Positions 10,904-19,670 of a stretch of 64,000 nucleotides of DNA are shown here, piece after piece; position 1 is the first letter of the stretch, and the number at the start of each line of letters is the position of its first letter. The notes under the pieces are model-generated. The model was not told where the DNA came from, ran no database searches, and was given only the letters and a program-made list of their open reading frames with translations. The DNA lies in assembly GCA_014729085.1 (NCBI GenBank), contig WJKM01000009.1, positions 126,590 to 190,589 of the forward strand. Reading direction: 5' to 3'. Both the position numbers and the translations under genes were made by a program. This DNA comes from Candidatus Dojkabacteria bacterium (GTDB lineage: Bacteria > Patescibacteriota > Dojkabacteria > B142 > WJKM01).

Positions 10904-11365
10904 ATGTTTTGTCCATATTGCCATAGTGAGGAGACAAGAGTTGTTGATAAAAGAGATAATTCAGAAACGGGAGTTACAAGAAGACGAAGAGAATGTCTTT
11001 CATGCTCGAAAAGGTTCACAACTTATGAAAGAATTGAGTCAATTCCTCTTAATGTAGAAAAACGAAATGGAAATGTTGATGAATTTAATAGAGAGAAGTT
11101 AAAGAAATCAATTCTAAAAGCGGTTCGCAAAAGAGGAATAAAAGAAGAGGTTTTAGAGGATCTTATTGAAGATATTGAGTTGAAATTATTAAATAGAAAA
11201 AAAACAGTGATTAAAACTTCAGATATTGGAAAGATGGTTTTAACAAGACTTAAAAGGATAGATAAAGTTGCATACCTTAGGTATTCATCGGTTTATAATG
11301 ATTTTAATAGTGTTGATGACTTCATTAATGAAATTAATTTATTAAATGAAAATAATGGAAGATAG
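10904..11365 (+). CDS. nrdR: Transcriptional repressor NrdR
   Basis: MFCPYC, RRRRECLSCSKRFTTYE, ATP-cone, DKVAYLRYSSVY. Confidence 0.96.
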   Translation: MFCPYCHSEETRVVDKRDNSETGVTRRRRECLSCSKRFTTYERIESIPLNVEKRNGNVDEFNREKLKKSILKAVRKRGIKEEVLEDLIEDIELKLLNRKKTVIKTSDIGKMVLTRLKRIDKVAYLRYSSVYNDFNSVDDFINEINLLNENNGR

Positions 11366-11813
11366 TTTTCATTTAGGGATCAAGGCATTAATTCTAAATC
11401 AAGAAAATGAACTTTTATTATTAAAAGTAAATAAGGAATTACTTAGAGGAAGTAAAAATGACTCTTACTGGGATATACCGGGTGGAAGAATTCAGAAAGG
11501 AGATACTATAGAATCTACAATCAAAAGAGAGGTTAAAGAAGAAACAGGATTAGAAATAAAAGAAATACAATTTTATGATATGGCAATTTCGAATATTAGA
11601 ATACCTGTTGGAGATACGGATGTAGGATTAATTTTGGCTGTATATACATGTAAATGTATAAATAATAAAGAACGAATAAAATTAAGTAGAGAACATGTCG
11701 ATTTTGGATTTTTTAACATCACACAATCTTCGAAATTACTTCAAGTAAAATACCCAAAAAATTTCACGAAAAAAGTAGAAAATTTGCACAATTTTTTTGA
11801 ACAAAAGAATTGA
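11346..11813 (+). CDS. NUDIX hydrolase
   Basis: Nudix box GGRIQKGDTIESTIKREVKEETGL. Confidence 0.9.
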   Translation: MKIMEDSFHLGIKALILNQENELLLLKVNKELLRGSKNDSYWDIPGGRIQKGDTIESTIKREVKEETGLEIKEIQFYDMAISNIRIPVGDTDVGLILAVYTCKCINNKERIKLSREHVDFGFFNITQSSKLLQVKYPKNFTKKVENLHNFFEQKN

Positions 11814-11856
11814 AAATAATTAATTTGAGCATTTAATCTTCAAATTTTTTCTTTGT

Positions 11857-11910
11857 TTGACAACACAACATATTGTTGTTATCTTAATTAAGAACCCCAA
11901 CGAATTGTGT
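11857..11910 (+). promoter_or_regulatory. nrdJ sigma70 promoter with two tandem NrdR boxes
   Basis: TTGACA (11857-62), 17 nt, TATCTT (11880-85). Boxes ACACAACATATTGTTG (11863-78) and CCCCAACGAATTGTGT (11895-910) start 32 bp apart and match the acaCwAtATaTwGtgt consensus; nrdR is adjacent. Confidence 0.85.
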
Positions 11911-12088
11911 TGAACAGTTAATTTAAAATAAGGTTGATGGTGCACTATTAGCTATTTTACGTAGCTATTTAAGCTCCTCAAATCTGTCCCTTAAGCAGAA
12001 AATAAAACACGAATTCCAAAGGGTTCAAATCAAACACAATAGTTATTTATAAAATAAATTTATTTATTATTTATTTAATTTTGCTGCC

Positions 12089-15000
12089 ATGCCAAATAGT
12101 TCTAGAATTAGTGAAAAAGATGTTCAAATAAGAGAAAAACAAAATTTAGGTAATAAGGGGTTGAAAATAAACAGAAAATTTACAAAAAATGGAAATGATA
12201 TATATGAAAATATCAATTTTGAATTCCGAACCTCAAAAATTACAGATTCCGACGGTTCAGTGATCTTCGAAATGAACAATGTAGAAGTTCCATCGTTTTG
12301 GTCACAAGTTGCAACTGATATTCTAGCTCAGAAATATCTAAGAAAAAAAGGAGTTCCTCAAAAAGACGAAGAAGGGAATATAAAAAAGGATAGTGAGGGT
12401 AATCCTATCCTCGGCTCCGAAAATTCTATCAAGCAAATAGCTTATAGATTAGCAGGAACATGGAGACACTGGGGAGAAAAATTTGGTTACTTTGATACTG
12501 AGGATGATGCACAAGCTTTTCAAGAGGAGGTACAATGGATGATTGTCAATCAAATGGCCGTTCCCAATAGCCCTCAATGGTTTAATACCGGATTAGCTTG
12601 GGCATATGGAATAAAAGGAAATGCACAAGGCCATTTCTATGTAGATCCTAAAACAGGTAAGGTAAAAAAATCTAAAGATGCTTATACTCATCCTCAACCC
12701 CATGCATGTTTTATCCAAAATATCGAAGATGACTTGGTAAACGAAGGAGGTATTTTCGATTTGATACTTAAAGAGGCCAGACTTTTTAAATATGGTTCTG
12801 GAACAGGAACAAATTTTTCAAAAATCAGAGGTAAGGGAGAGAAATTATCTGGTGGTGGAGAATCTTCTGGATTAATGAGTTTCTTAAAAGTCTTAGATGC
12901 GGGCGCAGGTTCAATTAAATCAGGAGGTACAACCAGAAGAGCTGCAAAGATGGTAATTCTAGATGTAGATCATCCCGAAATAGAAACTTTTATCGAATGG
13001 AAGGTTAAAGAGGAATATAAAGTAGCTTCACTTGTAGCGGGTTCTCACATTAATCATCATTGTTTAAATAATATTGTAAAATCAGCATCTGAAAATGGAA
13101 TAGATCCTGATCAAAATCCTGAGCTAAAAAAGTATATTAAGGAGGCTAAAGACAAGTTTGTGCCTTTGAATTATATTAAGAAGGTACTTATGCTTGTTGA
13201 GAATGGTATGAAGCCTGAAGATTTTACTTTTGATAAGTATAATACTGATTTTAGATCAGAAGCATATTCAACAGTTGATGGACAAAATTCAAATAATTCC
13301 GTAAGAGTAACTAATGATTTTATGCAGGCAGTGGAAGAAGATAAGAAGTGGAATCTTATTAAGCGGACAAATAATAAAGTATACAAATCAATTAATGCTC
13401 AAGAATTATGGAATAAGATTGTTTATTCTGCATGGGCAAGCGCAGATCCTGGATTGCAGTTCCATACAACCGTTAATGATTGGCATACATGTCCAAAAGA
13501 TGGTGAAATTAGAGCAAGTAATCCTTGTTCTGAATACATGTTTCTTGATGAAACAGCATGTAATTTGTATCAAATAAATTTAGGGAAATTTTATAACGAA
13601 GAGGATGGGGAATTTGATATTGAAAAATTTAGACATACTGTAAGACTTTCAACAATAATCCTGGAAATTTCTGTTTTAATGTCGCAGCTTCCAAGTAAAT
13701 CTATGGCAGAAAAAACTTATAAATATAGAACACTTGGACTTGGATTTTCGAATTTAGGTTCGTTACTAATGCGTATGGGATATCCTTATGATAGTAAAGA
13801 AGGATTCGGAACTACTGGAGCTATTTCCGCCATTATGACAGGAGAAGCATACGCGACATCTGCAGAGATGGCAAAAATATTAGGTACTTTTGAACGATAT
13901 AAGAAAAATAAAGAAGATATGCTTAGAGTTATAAGAAATCATAGAAGAGCTGCATACAATGTAGATACTACAGAATACGAACAATTACATATCTTACCAA
14001 AGGGTCTTGATAAAGAATATGTTTCTGAAGATATGTATTATAAAGCTCAGGAAGCTTGGGATTATGCATTAATGCTAGGTGAAAAATACGGGTATAGAAA
14101 CGCACAGGTAAGTTGTCTTGCACCAACAGGGACAACTGGTTTAGTTATGGATTGTGATACAACTGGTCTTGAACCAGATTTTGCATTAGTCAAATTCAAA
14201 AAATTAGTAGGAGGTGGATATTTTAAGATTATGAATCAATCAATAAAGCCTGCGTTAAAGAAATTGGGCTATTCTCAAGAACAGATAAAAAAAATAATAG
14301 AATATGCAGTAGGCACACAGACATTTGAAGGTGCCCCTCATATTAATTCGAAAACCTTGAAATCTAAAGGTTTTACTGATGAAATCATTGAAAAGATTGA
14401 AAAATTACTCCCTACAGTTTTTGAAATTAAATATGCGTTTAACAAATGGTCTTTAGGAGAAGATTTTTGTAAAAACGAATTAAATATTTCAGATGAAAAA
14501 TTTCAGGATCCTGAGTTTAATATTCTTGAATATCTCGGTTTTACTGAGAAACAAATTAAAGAAGCAGATGAGATTATTTGTGGAATTATGACTTTAGAAG
14601 GGGCGCCTCACTTAAAAGATGAGCATCTACCAGTATTTGACTGCGCAAATAAATGTGGAAAAAAAGGAACTAGGTTTATCGCTACAAAAGGACATATCAA
14701 TCAAATGGCAGCTGCTCAACCCTTTTTGTCGGGAGCTATAAGCAAGACAATTAATATGCCTGAAGAAGCTAAATTAGAAGAAGTAGATGACGCATTGACT
14801 AAAAGCTGGAAATCTATGTTAAAAGCAAATGCATTATACAGGGATAGTTCAAAATTGAGTCAGCCTCTTAATACCAATGCAGATCCTAACAGCATCTATG
14901 CAGAATTGTTCAGCTTTGATGATATGGACTTTACTGCCGAGAAAAAGGTAACACCAGAAAAAGCACACGAAAAAATCAAACAAATTTCTCAACACCCACA

Positions 15001-15781
15001 AAGAAAGAAACTTCCAGATGAAAGACATAGTATTACTCATAAATTCGCAATTGCTGGCCACAAAGGTTATTTAACAGTAGGGCTTTATGAAGATGGAATG
15101 CCTGGAGAAATTTTTATTAGAATGAACAAGCAAGGTAGCATAATATCAGGTATTATGGATGCATGGGCTACATCAGTTTCATTTAGTTTACAATACGGAG
15201 TACCACTTGAAGAAATAATAAGAAAACTCGTATTTATGAGATTCGAACCAGCAGGAAGAACTCAAAATTCAGAAATACCAGTCGCACAGTCTATTATGGA
15301 CTATATTGGAAGATGGTTGGCTCTCAGATTTTTAGAGAAGGAAAAGGCCAAGAAATATCATAATGAAATGTTGGTAGAAAAATCATACGAAGAAGGAACA
15401 AATAATAGAATTTTGATTCCTTTTATAAATGGAAAAGGTCATACTGAGATAAAAAGTGACCAAATTGAGCAATTGGTTGAACAAGAGATTAAGAAAGGAC
15501 TAATGAAAAGTAAACAAAGAAAGAAGAATAATTTAGAGCAAATAGAAATGGAAATTACTGAGACAGATACTGAGGTTTCAACTACAAGCAGAAATGAAAC
15601 TCATACTCAAAAGACAAAAAGTGTTATGGTTGATATTGAAATGACCAAAGTTCAACAACAACTTGCCCTTAAGAAAAATAATGAGGATGCACCGGTTTGT
15701 GCAGAATGTGGAAGTATTACACTTAGAAACGGATCATGTTATAAATGTCCAAACTGTGGGGCGACAACAGGGTGTAGTTAA
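12089..15781 (+). CDS. nrdJ: Adenosylcobalamin-dependent (class II) ribonucleotide reductase
   Basis: PNSPQWFN, PQPHACFI, GGTTRRAAKM, SNPCSEY, APTGT, ISKTINMP; TSCPD-type domain and C-terminal Zn ribbon ending TTGCS. Confidence 0.97.
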   Translation: MPNSSRISEKDVQIREKQNLGNKGLKINRKFTKNGNDIYENINFEFRTSKITDSDGSVIFEMNNVEVPSFWSQVATDILAQKYLRKKGVPQKDEEGNIKKDSEGNPILGSENSIKQIAYRLAGTWRHWGEKFGYFDTEDDAQAFQEEVQWMIVNQMAVPNSPQWFNTGLAWAYGIKGNAQGHFYVDPKTGKVKKSKDAYTHPQPHACFIQNIEDDLVNEGGIFDLILKEARLFKYGSGTGTNFSKIRGKGEKLSGGGESSGLMSFLKVLDAGAGSIKSGGTTRRAAKMVILDVDHPEIETFIEWKVKEEYKVASLVAGSHINHHCLNNIVKSASENGIDPDQNPELKKYIKEAKDKFVPLNYIKKVLMLVENGMKPEDFTFDKYNTDFRSEAYSTVDGQNSNNSVRVTNDFMQAVEEDKKWNLIKRTNNKVYKSINAQELWNKIVYSAWASADPGLQFHTTVNDWHTCPKDGEIRASNPCSEYMFLDETACNLYQINLGKFYNEEDGEFDIEKFRHTVRLSTIILEISVLMSQLPSKSMAEKTYKYRTLGLGFSNLGSLLMRMGYPYDSKEGFGTTGAISAIMTGEAYATSAEMAKILGTFERYKKNKEDMLRVIRNHRRAAYNVDTTEYEQLHILPKGLDKEYVSEDMYYKAQEAWDYALMLGEKYGYRNAQVSCLAPTGTTGLVMDCDTTGLEPDFALVKFKKLVGGGYFKIMNQSIKPALKKLGYSQEQIKKIIEYAVGTQTFEGAPHINSKTLKSKGFTDEIIEKIEKLLPTVFEIKYAFNKWSLGEDFCKNELNISDEKFQDPEFNILEYLGFTEKQIKEADEIICGIMTLEGAPHLKDEHLPVFDCANKCGKKGTRFIATKGHINQMAAAQPFLSGAISKTINMPEEAKLEEVDDALTKSWKSMLKANALYRDSSKLSQPLNTNADPNSIYAELFSFDDMDFTAEKKVTPEKAHEKIKQISQHPQRKKLPDERHSITHKFAIAGHKGYLTVGLYEDGMPGEIFIRMNKQGSIISGIMDAWATSVSFSLQYGVPLEEIIRKLVFMRFEPAGRTQNSEIPVAQSIMDYIGRWLALRFLEKEKAKKYHNEMLVEKSYEEGTNNRILIPFINGKGHTEIKSDQIEQLVEQEIKKGLMKSKQRKKNNLEQIEMEITETDTEVSTTSRNETHTQKTKSVMVDIEMTKVQQQLALKKNNEDAPVCAECGSITLRNGSCYKCPNCGATTGCS

Positions 15782-15805
15782 ATAGAAAATTAATAATAAT
15801 CTGTC

Positions 15806-15829
15806 AACAGGAGCGCAAGCTCCTGTTTT
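15806..15829 (+). terminator. Rho-independent terminator of nrdJ
   Basis: AACAGGAGC-gcaa-GCTCCTGTT followed by TT. Confidence 0.85.
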
Positions 15830-15895
15830 CGTTGTATATAATATCTTTATTTTATAATATAATTAACAAAGAAATATTTCTTTATTTAATAAGTA

Positions 15896-17257
15896 ATGCA
15901 AGAAGTTATTCAACCAGAGAAATTGGATCAAGATTGGTTTACCCTATATGAAGAATATAGGCCTAATGAACCATATGATTACTTTTTTGGTGAAAAGGAG
16001 AAAAGAGAACAACAAAAACAAAAATTTTTAGCTGGGGAAGTAAGAAATCCAACCTTTGATTACCCAAGACTTTCAATTCCACAATTAATACAGACAGAAG
16101 AAAATTTATTAGCTTTAAAAAAGGCATTAATAGATGCAGAAGAAAACGAAATAGTTAAAGAAGCATATAGATGGAAGTTAAATTCGGAAATAATGAGTGT
16201 AAGGCTCATCATGGCATCAGCGACTGGAGATATGGAGATGTTCAAGAAATATACTGAGGCAGTATACGGAGAGCCTTCAATGGATATTTTTGCTCATTTT
16301 GTGAATAGAATACGTACTGAACTTAACCAAGATGAAGAGACAGCTAATGAAGAGTTAGCAGAAGCCATACATAATCTAAAATCGGTTCTACCTGAAGAAT
16401 TACCAAAAGCTAAAATTATTACCCTACCATCAGAGGAGGTTGTTAAAAAGGCACAAAAACAAACCTTAGATGAAATGCAAAAACTCATAGAGTTAACTCG
16501 CGATAAAAAGTATTATAGCCCGGTTGATATTCAAAAGGAGTTCAGAAGAGCAATTGAAACTCTAAATGCAGATAAATGGGATGTCGTAATTGATGATGAA
16601 ACTAATAGAACGGCTTTAGCTGTTAGTTCAAAAGATGAAAAAGTCTATGTACCAGCTAATAGAGCGACCGTTCATGATGAACTCCAGGAACTTATACTCC
16701 ATGAAATTGGTACACATGTAAAAAGAAGAGTTGAGGGAGAACGAAGTAAGTTAATGCTACTTGGAAGTGGACTTGATAGACATGAAAAAGGAGGGGAAGG
16801 TGTTGCAACTATGAGAGAACAAGCTTTACGAGGTAAAGTAAAATCATTTGCTGGTGAAGAGTTGCATTTTGCAATCTCTTTGGCTTATGGACTTGATGGC
16901 AATCCTAGGGATTTTAGGGATGTGTTTGAGGTAATGACAAAACTGTATGAATATAAATTTATAAAAAATGGAATAAATAAAAAACTTGCAAAGATCGCAG
17001 CAGAAGATAATGCGTGGAAAACATGTACTAGAGTATTTCGTGGAACTGATTGTAAAACTCCAGGCACTGCATTTACAAAAGATATTATTTACGCAAAAGG
17101 CAATATAGATATTTGGAACGTAATACAAACAAACCCAGATGAGATGATGAGATTCAGTATAGGTAAATATGATCCAGCAAACCCAAGACATGTCTGGCTT
17201 TTAGACCAGCTTGGTATAAATGAGCAAGATTTGAAAGATATGAAACCTAGATTATAA
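15896..17257 (+). CDS. DUF1704 / MATCAP-like zinc metallopeptidase (putative Tyr/Phe carboxypeptidase)
   Basis: NPTFDYP, HEIGTH, GEGVAT, RVFRG, FTKDIIYAKG, GKYDP. Confidence 0.75.
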   Translation: MQEVIQPEKLDQDWFTLYEEYRPNEPYDYFFGEKEKREQQKQKFLAGEVRNPTFDYPRLSIPQLIQTEENLLALKKALIDAEENEIVKEAYRWKLNSEIMSVRLIMASATGDMEMFKKYTEAVYGEPSMDIFAHFVNRIRTELNQDEETANEELAEAIHNLKSVLPEELPKAKIITLPSEEVVKKAQKQTLDEMQKLIELTRDKKYYSPVDIQKEFRRAIETLNADKWDVVIDDETNRTALAVSSKDEKVYVPANRATVHDELQELILHEIGTHVKRRVEGERSKLMLLGSGLDRHEKGGEGVATMREQALRGKVKSFAGEELHFAISLAYGLDGNPRDFRDVFEVMTKLYEYKFIKNGINKKLAKIAAEDNAWKTCTRVFRGTDCKTPGTAFTKDIIYAKGNIDIWNVIQTNPDEMMRFSIGKYDPANPRHVWLLDQLGINEQDLKDMKPRL

Positions 17258-17299
17258 TTTCTTCTTGTTTCCCCAGGTTACATCATAGTAAAATAAATA

Positions 17300-17392
17300 G
17301 TTTCAAATATGAGGAATGAAGTGTGAAACTTCAGCTGTGCCGCAACGGTAATTCTATATTTTATTAGAAGAGCCCGATACTCAATTTGAGAC
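17300..17392 (+). ncRNA. Cobalamin (B12) riboswitch, compact type
   Basis: Closing stem GTTTCAAAT/ATTTGAGAC; core GAGGAA, hairpin TGAAG-tgtgaaa-CTTCA, GCTGTGCCGCAACGGTAA, short stem TTCTA/TAGAA, B12-box-like AGCCCGATACTC. Lies between nrdJ and pduO. Confidence 0.8.
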
Positions 17393-17511
17393 ATTAGCCC
17401 ATAAATTTATATGGCTTCTCACGAGCATGGGAAGAAAAAGTATTCTTCAAATAATAAGCATAATATTTTTTCCCTAAGCATTGTGAGATCGAATTCTAAA
17501 TATGTTTTTCT

Positions 17512-18807
17512 ATGAGTCTTTCAATAGAACATGAAGTATACAAACAAGAGGGAGATAGCTTTATTGAATATGGTTACCAAATTCAAAATAGAGCAGAATT
17601 TGCAATGTATTTAAGACAGGTGTTTGCAGGAGTAGCTGGTAACTCGATTAATTATGTAGCTGATATTGTAGATTTTCCGGTAGATGATCAAGATAAATTA
17701 AAGGAAGTAAGAGAGAATATATTTACTGCAGTTATCGAGCATCCATTTGCGGAATCGGCGAGTGAATATAGTTATGAATTAGATTGGGAAAAGGATGAGC
17801 AAGGAAATTTACGACTCAAATCTTCATTTGGTTATCTAGATGATATTTATTCAGAATCAATTGAGAATAGTTCAGGTCAAATACCTGAATTTGAAAAAGA
17901 GAGAAATAAAAAGAACAAACAATTATATGAACGATTAAAAAGATATAGAGAAGACGGTTGTTTTAAACCTGTTGTTGAATTTAGTCCTAGTCCTGATTTG
18001 ACCGACGCAGCAATTAAAAGAGGTTACAAAGGATATGATGCAATATTTATTTATGAATATAAAGATGGACAAGAGCAATTAACTCAGTATTGGTTAGATA
18101 ATGAGGATTTAAATAACTATAAAAATTTAATCCTAAAAATGTCCAGATTCAAACATTCAAAATTACCAGGCATACAAAATTTATTTGGAATTATCGAATG
18201 CAGAGATACAGATATTATGAATTGCTCTGGAGTTCTAACAGTGGAGCAATATGAGTACCTTCTTGAATTTATTGAAATGAATAAGCCTGACGTAAATTCT
18301 TATAAACACAGAGTAATTGAGTATGCGAAAACGCAGATTCAACCAAAAATAGATAGGGAAATTTTCCCAAAGGTCCAGAATTTAGCAAAAGATATAGTGA
18401 ATACTTTATTATCAGAAAATGAAATTGAGCAAAGATTGAAAGAGATAATGGATTCGATGTCCCAGATTCAGTTTGAACTGTACCTTACTGCATCATCTCA
18501 AAGAATTGATGTGGGTATTTCATTAGATGAATATCTACAACTGAGTGAAAAAGAAAAGTTAAACTGTCTTGCACGCATCGCGTATGAGTTTACTGGTTGT
18601 GGAATTTCGGAAATTATAGATATGTCAGTAGAAATTTTTGGTAATAGTTCAGGTATGTTTATGGATACCGTAAAACTTTCTTCAACTGAATGGTCAAAGG
18701 TTAGATGCAAAAACCCTAATTGTGTTGGAAATTGGTACGTAATAAATGGTAGATCTGATACTTATAAAGCTGCTTGTCCCGTTTGTGGGACTTCGATGAA
18801 GTGCTAG
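17512..18807 (+). CDS. Hypothetical protein with C-terminal Zn ribbon, downstream of the B12 riboswitch
   Basis: 431-aa ORF with EFSPSPD..RGYKG and GCG motifs and terminal CKNPNC...CPVC....C; no recognisable family. Confidence 0.7.
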   Translation: MSLSIEHEVYKQEGDSFIEYGYQIQNRAEFAMYLRQVFAGVAGNSINYVADIVDFPVDDQDKLKEVRENIFTAVIEHPFAESASEYSYELDWEKDEQGNLRLKSSFGYLDDIYSESIENSSGQIPEFEKERNKKNKQLYERLKRYREDGCFKPVVEFSPSPDLTDAAIKRGYKGYDAIFIYEYKDGQEQLTQYWLDNEDLNNYKNLILKMSRFKHSKLPGIQNLFGIIECRDTDIMNCSGVLTVEQYEYLLEFIEMNKPDVNSYKHRVIEYAKTQIQPKIDREIFPKVQNLAKDIVNTLLSENEIEQRLKEIMDSMSQIQFELYLTASSQRIDVGISLDEYLQLSEKEKLNCLARIAYEFTGCGISEIIDMSVEIFGNSSGMFMDTVKLSSTEWSKVRCKNPNCVGNWYVINGRSDTYKAACPVCGTSMKC

Positions 18808-19307
18808 TTATTTAGAATTCTAGCAATAATAAATAACCAGTCCGATAACCTATTCAAATATTTATAAGATAATTTATTTATCTCTCGAGATTTTGAGAGG
18901 GTAATTACTCTTCTTTCTGTTCGTCTGCAAACCGACCTAGCATAATGTATTATTGAACTTGATTTATTCCCGTTTGGTCGGATAAAGCTTGTCAATTTTG
19001 GAAGTTTTGTGTCCCAAATGTCAATTTCAGTTTCAAGTTTATTAATATCTTCTGGTTTTAATCTTTTTTCATTCGAATCTTTAATATCAGATGATATATC
19101 AGCACCTAATATATATAAATTAGTCTGTTCTCTTTCAATTTTCTCTTTTATACTGTTTTTTTCTATAAAACATAAAGCAAGGCCTAATATTGAATTAAGT
19201 TCATCAATTGCTCCTGAAGCTTCAATTAAGGGATTATCTTTAAAAACATTTTCTCCAGAAAGAGCACTGGTTTTGCCTTGATCGCCTTTTTTAGTATATA
19301 TTTTCAC
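18804..19307 (-). CDS. pduO: PduO-type ATP:cob(I)alamin adenosyltransferase
   Basis: KIYTKKGDQGKT, GAIDELNS, ARSVCRRTERR, YLNRLSDWLF. Confidence 0.93.
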   Translation of the reverse strand: MKIYTKKGDQGKTSALSGENVFKDNPLIEASGAIDELNSILGLALCFIEKNSIKEKIEREQTNLYILGADISSDIKDSNEKRLKPEDINKLETEIDIWDTKLPKLTSFIRPNGNKSSSIIHYARSVCRRTERRVITLSKSREINKLSYKYLNRLSDWLFIIARILNN

Positions 19308-19487
19308 AAATTTTTTCTAAGAACTCATATATCTTATTATATCTTGGAAAGAATAAAATTTGTATTGCGTTAAATTTGTTCATATAGTAAGCTTTTATTT
19401 ACAAGGTAATACAAAATATTATTTATATTTTTACTAATCGCAAACGATTAGTCCAACAACTATATTTTCAGTTTATGGTTAAAAAAT

Positions 19488-19606
19488 GCGGGGAACTCTT
19501 GTACTGGTATTAAATTAAAAGTTAGACTGACCTGCTTGCAAGTAGGTTGCCTGATTGGAGGTTGAGATAATCGGACTCATCTCACCCGAGTCGAAGAGGA
19601 GGGGGA
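19488..19606 (+). ncRNA. Candidate structured RNA / leader upstream of the P-type ATPase (family not recognised)
   Basis: GC-rich patch in an AT-rich spacer with three hairpins, complementary loops and closing CTCTT/AAGAG; G-U pairs favour the + strand. Confidence 0.4.
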
Positions 19607-19670
19607 TATTTTGATTTAAAGGCTGTATACATAGATAATATGGATTAGATTAATTTAACAAATTCAAAGA

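Noticed and set aside
12089-15781. Intein or intron in nrdJ because of its length
   Set aside because: No intein splice motifs or LAGLIDADG blocks were seen; the length fits long class II enzymes with TSCPD and Zn-ribbon tail.
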